Origin: a virus | Direction: 5' to 3' (one strand) | Length of the DNA stretch: 64,000 bases | IMG/VR virus record: IMGVR_UViG_3300031565_000014 | Coordinates: 8,773-72,772 of that record | Part shown: positions 58,001-64,000 of the stretch, one piece after another | Numbering within the stretch: the first letter of the stretch is position 1 | Layout of the letters: each line of letters begins with the position of its first letter | Notes under the pieces: model-generated | What the model saw: the letters and a program-made list of their open reading frames with translations, nothing else | What the model was told of the DNA's origin: nothing | The model's database searches: none | Program-made: the position numbers and the translations under genes

Positions 58001-60113
58001 TTGTACCGTAATGAGACCTAACTTCCGGAGCTAAAGCTGCTGCTGCTATACCAATACCACCTATTGCAGCAACTATAAAACTAAAGTCTGTTATAATTTT
58101 GTGCATAGGGTGTCCTTCAGGCTCTTTAAATCTGCCTGTAGCTGTACCTCTTAACGCACCATAAAGCTTCAATTCTTGTGCTGATAAGAAAGGATTTCTA
58201 AACTGCGTATCTGGTGAATGAAAAGATAAGTAATCCCAGTTAACTAAATTATTAGCATAAGCATATTGAGGTACGTTTCTACCATTAAGTCTTTCTAATT
58301 TTTTATAAATAAACGGGTCAGGTCTTAAATCATTAAAAGGGTAATTTTGGTATAACCCTTTTTTAGGGTAATCAGCGTTTAGTTGTGCAGTATTAGCCGG
58401 TACGTTGTCTTTGTCTTCATGTTCGGGTAAGACGTACCCAATCATGTTATTAAACATACCTTTAGCTATAATAGACTTATTACCCTCTCTAGAACCTCTT
58501 AGTATTTCATAACCAACTATTCCGTCTATAGGAACTCCTTGATTGTCTTTAGGGTATTCTATATTAGAAAACTTAACACCCATTATTCTTATTACTCTTT
58601 CTGTAGAAAAAGGTGTGCCAGGTGTGCCCTGTTGGTCAAAGTGATTACATCTTGTAGATAATACACCATCTGTAGTTGTATCTGGAAACTTATGGTGTCT
58701 AATATTTTTACCGCATAGATTACCCCAAACATCTGGTTTATTATCTTGATATTTTTCTGTAGACTCCCAATAACCCATAAGTCCTTCGGCTATCTCATAA
58801 CCATTAGTATCTACTTGAGTGGGTGTAAGTAATGTAAACGTTGCAGTATTATATACTTTCCATCTAGGTGTATTAGCTCCTTCTATTGTATTACTATCAT
58901 TAATAGTTTGTGTGTCTGTTGCATTAGGATTTCTTCCCGGAATATGATAAGATGAAGACTTTTCACCTGTATTATAAACAAATCTTATAAATAACGCATA
59001 TACTTCATCTCTTAAGAAACTAGGGTTAGATCCTCCTTTATTATAATAATCTGCAGGATATTCTACACAAGACCATTTAGTAACTATATTATTAGCTGTT
59101 GGTTGATAATTAAAATCAAATTTAGCTGAAGGAGCTACTCGCATCAAGTACTCACCATTTCTATGTATAGACTCAGAACGATCATAATTAGGCGTTCTTA
59201 TCATTATAGTGTCTAATGGTACAGAAGGTAAAGCTTGATCTAAGTAATCTATATAAATATATTTTTCCCTAGTAGAGTATATACCTAAGTCATATGCTTT
59301 AGTTTGACTATTAACTACAGCTATTACGACAAGCTTAAACTCGTCATAACTTTCATCTTCCATATTATTAACAGTAATGTCTATAGAACCCGCAACATTC
59401 TCATGTTCAAATATAGGTTGCACGTTAGACACTGAAAAATAATCAGACACAACTTGACCATTTAGTGTGTAAGCTCCTGTTACAGAATATGACCCGTTAA
59501 ATAATTGGCCACCTAATGTAGCTTTTTTTACGGTGAAACAAGGCTGTTTAGTTAAAGGTATTAACCTAATTTGCTCACAATCAAGTCTTTTAGGAAAATC
59601 TTCTATAAATTCCACACAACTAGGATTACTAGGTATAGGTTGGTACTGCCCTTTATATGGAATATTACTTATGTTTAATGTTCTATCTGGGTTTAAATTA
59701 TCTGCCCAATATGCTTGATAAGAACAGTCGAAATTTTCTTTAGACTCGCCGGTTATTAAATGTGTTGTTTTAAATCCTAAACAAGTATCATTAACTATTG
59801 GTTCATAAGTACAAGCAGACTCGTCAAATATAGCAATTTCTGATGCTGAATTATCTGTAGAAAATAATAACCATTTATCATCATATAATTTTATCTTACC
59901 TATTATAGTGTAATTTATAGATACACATAATGCATTAGAAGGCTCGTTACCTATAACACCTAAATCACCTTCTTGTGAATTATTATTAGCGTTTCTAGCT
60001 GAAGCCCACGAACCGTTAGGTAGAAAGGATGCATTTAAATCCTTAACCATGCCTAAATTATAAGCACGCTTATCTTCGTGTGATAAATTTTGTGATTTAT
60101 TTTTCTTAGCCAT
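55086..60113 (-). CDS. Tail stabilisation/muzzle protein (crAss-like)
   Basis: RDEVYA.FIRFVY..G..S..YHIPG, IRHHKFPD, FGGDTYI, WTVSF...WVSFHDW motifs; position upstream of the cargo genes. Confidence 0.75.
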   Translation of the reverse strand: MAKKNKSQNLSHEDKRAYNLGMVKDLNASFLPNGSWASARNANNNSQEGDLGVIGNEPSNALCVSINYTIIGKIKLYDDKWLLFSTDNSASEIAIFDESACTYEPIVNDTCLGFKTTHLITGESKENFDCSYQAYWADNLNPDRTLNISNIPYKGQYQPIPSNPSCVEFIEDFPKRLDCEQIRLIPLTKQPCFTVKKATLGGQLFNGSYSVTGAYTLNGQVVSDYFSVSNVQPIFEHENVAGSIDITVNNMEDESYDEFKLVVIAVVNSQTKAYDLGIYSTREKYIYIDYLDQALPSVPLDTIMIRTPNYDRSESIHRNGEYLMRVAPSAKFDFNYQPTANNIVTKWSCVEYPADYYNKGGSNPSFLRDEVYALFIRFVYNTGEKSSSYHIPGRNPNATDTQTINDSNTIEGANTPRWKVYNTATFTLLTPTQVDTNGYEIAEGLMGYWESTEKYQDNKPDVWGNLCGKNIRHHKFPDTTTDGVLSTRCNHFDQQGTPGTPFSTERVIRIMGVKFSNIEYPKDNQGVPIDGIVGYEILRGSREGNKSIIAKGMFNNMIGYVLPEHEDKDNVPANTAQLNADYPKKGLYQNYPFNDLRPDPFIYKKLERLNGRNVPQYAYANNLVNWDYLSFHSPDTQFRNPFLSAQELKLYGALRGTATGRFKEPEGHPMHKIITDFSFIVAAIGGIGIAAAALAPEVRSHYGTNWVSDTKLDSNILGTGGGFAPAFWGMGTGGSIGGWGFAADILSTSGALQIADLISAGFSTTALTTTYDILAILAGITTGSTPEYTLEMTAAGKSGLNPIIRALQYLPAIALYWSQGTDEMLRLIRNLIRFEQYALAYESHCEYDQLIDLGLSGVRRKVKNSRYIKDGFQDYDLKTKINNLYRGHYVCVNTEQSIPSGHPQVNYDNTRNTLGTIRNGADLKGTFGSATVANSPYAPQVSYNEPTKWFNTQSQCYYGALKVFIDNQYGQLNNRIKQIPIGCIQPILNLSTRFESGIIFGGDTYITRYTEKNTMFYFYEWLNGQPDDYEFNYDNYLNVPRPLYWVDTREYDASTFLSGILKKIGKKEATSDYGILPNDYHYLDRKFETSIIEGQIKDTGGDNSYQRRSLFRIIDAYFYLFNSGVRDFYVESEVNTDLRDWNDTPEERHYDPYRYTSLRDLFNTDIIKSGNLFKYDYSLSISRNFRNLSSWGNMQLRSYDPQVSETCYSYYPKRVIYSLPQNKELIADNWRAWLVNNYKDFSSRITTIKPIGRNGAMMLFEQEAPIMIPGVDVLETDAGTKITIGDGGLFSQPLQNIVNTDKAYEYGSCQNKESVINTPFGLFYISLNQGKIFRYAGGLDEISRNGMQWWFSNHLPYKILEDFPEFELTDNSVIGVGAQCIYDNSDKIIYVCKKDYKLKSPKEANYRTIEYLYDNWFQVDKVIRVSLGDPRYFDDASWTVSFDPKAGNGQGAWVSFHDWHPTMNIASKTTFMTVNRNSIWKHNDRCDSFCNFYGVDYPFEIETIFSTQDQATVLRSAEYTLECYKIASDCIDWHHKLDENFDEAIIYNTEQISGILRLNLAPKNDVNAILQYPAITPNYIDILFAKEENKYRFNQFWDITLDRGEYSGNTRIMWETDPNGYTKNINPFYIDYNKPELQRKKFRHYLSSLILKKRVSGDSKFLFKLNKEKQVISPR

Positions 60114-61065
60114 TACCGTTTCTATACGCGTTACTTGGGTTATTAGGTGATGATTTAAACATGTCGTAATATTTACTGTATTGAGCAGCTCTGTTCACTT
60201 CATGAAGTTTTTTCATCTCTTCAAAATTAGGAGTGTTAACATAACTAACAGCGTTATTTCTAGCAGCTCTTAATTTTTGTTGAGTATACTGAAGTAAATT
60301 CCCAACGTTTTTACCGTCGTACATCATATTCTCTAAAACTTTCTCTTTTACAGCATATTCGTAATACTCATTTATAAGTTCATGATCTGGAACTAATAGG
60401 TTACCTTCAAGGTCAACCATATCAGCCATGTAGTTTAAATATACCTTGCCTGTTTCAAAATTAGCTTTTAACCAACCATTGTCTATTCTAGCTTCATTAG
60501 GTGCACCAAATAAACGCAAATTAGGACACTTACAGTTCACTTCTCTTGTATCTTTGATACGTAGAGGGTAAAATGTTTTAAAAGAGCGTGTACGGGTCTT
60601 AATCTTTTGTTCTAATATATATTCATCACCACATTTAGTTAAACAAACTCTAGGTGAACAAGCTAAATTTTCATCACTACAGGGATCATTACACGGATCA
60701 CAAGGGTCTTTAGTATTACAAGCATCTACACAAGGAACTGGTTCTTGCATTGGTGTATACTTAGGAATCATTTTATCTTCTATATGAGTTCCTTGAGGTA
60801 ATACTTCAGTCCAGCTATATTCACCACAAACCATAGCATAGTTTAAACTATAGAAATCTTCAGGTAATTTCGCTCTTCCTTTTTCTACATCTATAACTTC
60901 TTCAGATTCTCTATATATTCTGAGACCTAAATCATGATTAAGCTTTCTAACTGTTTTGATTAAAGCATGTGGATTTAGATTACCCTCTAATGTAATATTC
61001 CTTATGTCAATAGTGGCCTCATCGTAAAGCTCATCAAATGACCTATATTTAAGTAGTGTATTCAT
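60106..61065 (-). CDS. Tail ring/tubular (head-tail connector) protein with Cys-rich insert
   Basis: AKLPEDF, G.VYLNY...D.EG..LVPD motifs typical of podophage tail tubular proteins. Confidence 0.65.
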   Translation of the reverse strand: MNTLLKYRSFDELYDEATIDIRNITLEGNLNPHALIKTVRKLNHDLGLRIYRESEEVIDVEKGRAKLPEDFYSLNYAMVCGEYSWTEVLPQGTHIEDKMIPKYTPMQEPVPCVDACNTKDPCDPCNDPCSDENLACSPRVCLTKCGDEYILEQKIKTRTRSFKTFYPLRIKDTREVNCKCPNLRLFGAPNEARIDNGWLKANFETGKVYLNYMADMVDLEGNLLVPDHELINEYYEYAVKEKVLENMMYDGKNVGNLLQYTQQKLRAARNNAVSYVNTPNFEEMKKLHEVNRAAQYSKYYDMFKSSPNNPSNAYRNGNG

Positions 61066-61751
61066 TATCTATATATGCTTTGTTTATCGTCACCTCCTAA
61101 GTCTGGTGGTATTCTTGTTGTAATACCTAATTCTTGTAAAACTTGTTTTTCTACTTCTGCAAATAAATAATCAGGAATAGCTGATAATTGGTCTTGTCTT
61201 TTAGGACAAGTCTCATCGCTATCTTTTGCATCACATGCTATAGAAGAAATATCACCTTCCCATATAGCCTCTACTTTAACAGAAGGCCACGATATATTAG
61301 GGAAGTATAAATAATTATTTATATACCAATAATATTTTTTATTATTATATTTAAAGGTTGTAGAATTAGCCATTGCTGTATAAGTTCTAGGCTCAGTAGG
61401 ATGAATTTCTATAGAACCATCTATTGAGGATAATGTTCTAAACATAGGTCCTGAATTACTAGACATAACATCTGGGAGTTTGTTCTTAGTCCGCATTATT
61501 GTGCAATTGGTCTTAATACCTCCACAACAAGCTTCTATTTTGTCTACAGGAATTAGTTCAACACATGGAACAGACTTATAAAGACCAGCAAGTTTTTGTA
61601 TTTGATCTTGATCTTTTTGCATTTTAATAAATGCTTTTCCATATTTAAGAATAAGACTATATAAAAATCTATCTGTTACAAAGGCATCTTCTTTAACTGC
61701 CTTCATAATATTACGTACTCTTGATATTGTCTCTCCTATTGTAGTTTCCAT
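61065..61751 (-). CDS. Tail ring/structural protein (crAss-like)
   Basis: PCVELIPVD...CC...RTKNKLP, YYW..NNYLY motifs; synteny. Confidence 0.6.
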   Translation of the reverse strand: METTIGETISRVRNIMKAVKEDAFVTDRFLYSLILKYGKAFIKMQKDQDQIQKLAGLYKSVPCVELIPVDKIEACCGGIKTNCTIMRTKNKLPDVMSSNSGPMFRTLSSIDGSIEIHPTEPRTYTAMANSTTFKYNNKKYYWYINNYLYFPNISWPSVKVEAIWEGDISSIACDAKDSDETCPKRQDQLSAIPDYLFAEVEKQVLQELGITTRIPPDLGGDDKQSIYR

Positions 61752-62283
61752 CTTTTATAGTTTTCATTTCAGTATTCTTGTATAGACCTGAAACAGATAT
61801 TCCTGATTTTACTCTAACATACTTATTAAAACCTTTACGATAAATTGCAGAAGCTTTTCTTGCAAAATTTCTATGTGGTTTAAATCGCCATAAATTTCTA
61901 AATCTAAATAAAGTTCTATTGTTATAGTTTGTATAAAATATTTTCATCAGAAGATCATCTGAGTCCCAATTTTTATGTTTTACCTTAACACCATATTCTT
62001 TAGATTTTTTGTAATCTATATTTATTTTAGAAGACTTTTGACAAGATCCTATAAAAATTATTCCTAAGTTTTCAGGAAGTTCTACACCATCACGATTTTC
62101 TATAACATTATTATAGATTTCTTCATTAAATGATCTTACTACTTCTTTAATTATGCTATTATCTAAATCAGCATACTCAGGGTTTCTTTCCTTAAACTCC
62201 TTATAAAAGTTATGGTCTAATAAATTTAGACTTTTTTTTCTTTTTCTAGGGGCATTAAGATCTGGTTTTTTAAAACCTTCCAT
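61711..62283 (-). CDS. HU/IHF-like DNA-binding protein
   Basis: VVRSFNEEI...VELPENLG.I.I...RFKPHRNFAR pattern; basic protein. Confidence 0.6.
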   Translation of the reverse strand: MEGFKKPDLNAPRKRKKSLNLLDHNFYKEFKERNPEYADLDNSIIKEVVRSFNEEIYNNVIENRDGVELPENLGIIFIGSCQKSSKINIDYKKSKEYGVKVKHKNWDSDDLLMKIFYTNYNNRTLFRFRNLWRFKPHRNFARKASAIYRKGFNKYVRVKSGISVSGLYKNTEMKTIKDGNYNRRDNIKST

Positions 62284-62359
62284 ACTATAAAATACTAAAA
62301 ATTAATGAGAATAACAAAGACTTAATTGAGTAGTCCTTGCTATATTTTATTTAAGATAA

Positions 62360-63142
62360 CTATTTTTTTATGTTATTTCTTATTTTAAATGATAAGAAAT
62401 CTTGATATGTTTTGTTATTTATTTTAAAAGGTTGTCTACAACTTTTATCAGCACATCTCATAAAATGTTGTAAAGTTCCGGCGGCTGTAGTATATGTTTT
62501 ATTTAAATGGACATGGTTACTATTGCATTCTGGGCAAGAAAACCTATCACCCCCTGTTAATACAGCATAATTAGATTTATTTCTAACATAAGGTTTTAAC
62601 TTATTATATACCTCCTCTAAAGTAATAACATCACCGTCACAATAATAATGTAAATGATTTAAAGCTTCTTTGTCTTTATGGAATACTATTCTCATCCAAG
62701 TATTCATACCCCCTGAATCTATTTTTCTAGTTAAGTTAAAGTATTTAGCAACTTCAGATAATTTGTTAGAAGGTAGATTGAAATATTTTTTACATAATTT
62801 TAATGTATCTATCATTATATATGTATCTCTCATTTCTATATCATGAAACAAAGCTCTTGTTCTTATCCATTTAATATCAAACCTGTCACCGTTATGAGCT
62901 ACAATTTCGTCAGCTTTGTCTAATTCCTTAATAAAAGTTTTTAATAATTTTTTGTCACACTGTTTGTTTATACCCCAATCAACATGATAAACTTTATCAT
63001 CACCTTCCCACTTCCAAGATATAGATATTATTTGTGCGTACTTAATTATTTGATCTGGAAGTATTAACTGATTATAACCCGGTCTCCAGAAATGACCTTC
63101 ACAGAATGATGTTTCAATATCATAGAATAGTCTCTTTATCAT
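62360..63142 (-). CDS. DnaQ/RNase H-like 3'-5' exonuclease with C-terminal Zn ribbon
   Basis: YDIET, HNGDRFD, IDTL, YCDGD; CPEC...C..C. Confidence 0.85.
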   Translation of the reverse strand: MIKRLFYDIETSFCEGHFWRPGYNQLILPDQIIKYAQIISISWKWEGDDKVYHVDWGINKQCDKKLLKTFIKELDKADEIVAHNGDRFDIKWIRTRALFHDIEMRDTYIMIDTLKLCKKYFNLPSNKLSEVAKYFNLTRKIDSGGMNTWMRIVFHKDKEALNHLHYYCDGDVITLEEVYNKLKPYVRNKSNYAVLTGGDRFSCPECNSNHVHLNKTYTTAAGTLQHFMRCADKSCRQPFKINNKTYQDFLSFKIRNNIKK

Positions 63143-63184
63143 AAGTATATTTTACGCCTTAAAGGCTTATTGTTGTAAATATAT

Positions 63185-63217
63185 AAAAAATCTCGGTAAG
63201 TATCAACCTACCGAGAT
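63185..63217 (-). terminator. Rho-independent terminator (minus strand)
   Basis: atctcggta-N10-taccgagat stem followed by a U-run on the minus strand. Confidence 0.7.
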
Positions 63218-63259
63218 CTATAGTTAGTGGATAAAACCAACAAAATTACCACTTTACTA

Positions 63260-64000
63260 TTATATCGTACACGGAGTATCTATAGAGATAGTTACATTAA
63301 GCGGTTCTAAAATACTAGGAGAATCAACTATATATGGCGAACCATCTACTGCACATACTTCTAAATTTTCCCCATTATTTAATGTTACTACATTCTGTAG
63401 TCCCCCACATTCTGTCCATTTAAAATCAACAGGTCCGTCTGTTGATGAATTATGTTCAAATGTATATGTCCAACAATCAGCTGAACAACAACCTGCTTGG
63501 TCTACAGAATAAGTTTCAAATACTGTAGGGGCTGCTTGTAGACAGAAAGTAGTTGCGACACCTAAAGGTGGTGATGGTATTTTATTGTCAAGTGTTCCAT
63601 CACAATAAGTTCCTATGAAATCAGAACATGTTTTTAATACTGCTAAAAATTGCGCACCTAAGCCTGATCCTGGTGTAGTAATACTTACAGAAGGTACTGA
63701 ATTATAACCTGAACCAGGTATTAATACGTTAGTTCCAGAAATAATACCGTAGTCAGTACTTAAAGATATAGTAGCTCCAACTCCTGACGCACTAGTAATA
63801 CTAGATACACTAGGTCCAGAGTATGCTGTTCCTACGGCTATAAGATCTAAAGTTAAAATTTCACCAGATCCACCTACTGTTAATACTTGTATAGTCGCCC
63901 CTGCTCCTGCTCCTGAATCTATAACATTAACTACATCTCCTGGCAAGTAAAGTGTACCTGCAGTTAAAATATTATAATCATATATTTCACCAAGACCTAC
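63260..64000 (-). CDS. Partial structural protein (tail fibre/baseplate-like Gly-rich repeats); 5' end outside the window
   Basis: Frame open to 64000; G.GAGAT...I...GSGY repeats and a Cys-rich C-terminus. Confidence 0.65.
   Translation of the reverse strand, partial: VGLGEIYDYNILTAGTLYLPGDVVNVIDSGAGAGATIQVLTVGGSGEILTLDLIAVGTAYSGPSVSSITSASGVGATISLSTDYGIISGTNVLIPGSGYNSVPSVSITTPGSGLGAQFLAVLKTCSDFIGTYCDGTLDNKIPSPPLGVATTFCLQAAPTVFETYSVDQAGCCSADCWTYTFEHNSSTDGPVDFKWTECGGLQNVVTLNNGENLEVCAVDGSPYIVDSPSILEPLNVTISIDTPCTI

Noticed and set aside
22208-59718. Numerous short plus-strand and alternate-frame ORFs inside the giant minus-strand genes
   Set aside because: Their Ser/Leu/Phe-rich composition is typical of antisense shadow frames, and they are fully nested in well-supported genes.
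1-64000. Stop-codon reassignment (TAG/TGA), as in some Crassvirales
   Set aside because: Genes of up to 4041 aa are intact and tightly packed under the standard code, and TAG ends ORFs at 376 and 2053.

Overview
This AT-rich window comes from a lytic crAss-like (Crassvirales-type, phi14:2/phi13:2-like) podophage. Genes have A-rich leaders with no Shine-Dalgarno motif, which points to a Bacteroidota host. It reads in the standard genetic code. Layout: (1) 1-2053, small accessory genes with repeat elements between them. (2) 2054-2940 (-), a three-gene membrane/lysis-like island. (3) 2982-20608 (+), replication and metabolism: DnaA-domain-IV-like protein, DnaB-like helicase, AAA_24 ATPase, putative SSB, primase, RusA-like resolvase, VWA-metallopeptidase plus MoxR ATPase, PD-(D/E)xK exonuclease, family B DNA polymerase and MazG-like pyrophosphatase. 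(4) 20674-64000 (-), beyond a bidirectional terminator, the virion module: giant cargo/ejection proteins including a 4041-aa single-chain two-barrel RNA polymerase, tail stabilisation/muzzle and ring proteins, an HU/IHF-like protein and a DnaQ-like exonuclease. Most notable: (a) three consecutive giant proteins (7950 aa in total) contain only four cysteines by manual reading, placed head-to-tail at the two TAATG gene junctions, which suggests a disulfide-linked ejection chain. (b) In-frame domain cassettes in those proteins are bounded by a shared DNA repeat encoding (P/S)TQQxNEV. (c) A 1531-aa protein is punctuated by [YFM]QxGG motifs like a polyprotein. (d) attC-like hairpin repeats flank accessory genes. 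All functional calls come from motif reading without database searches.
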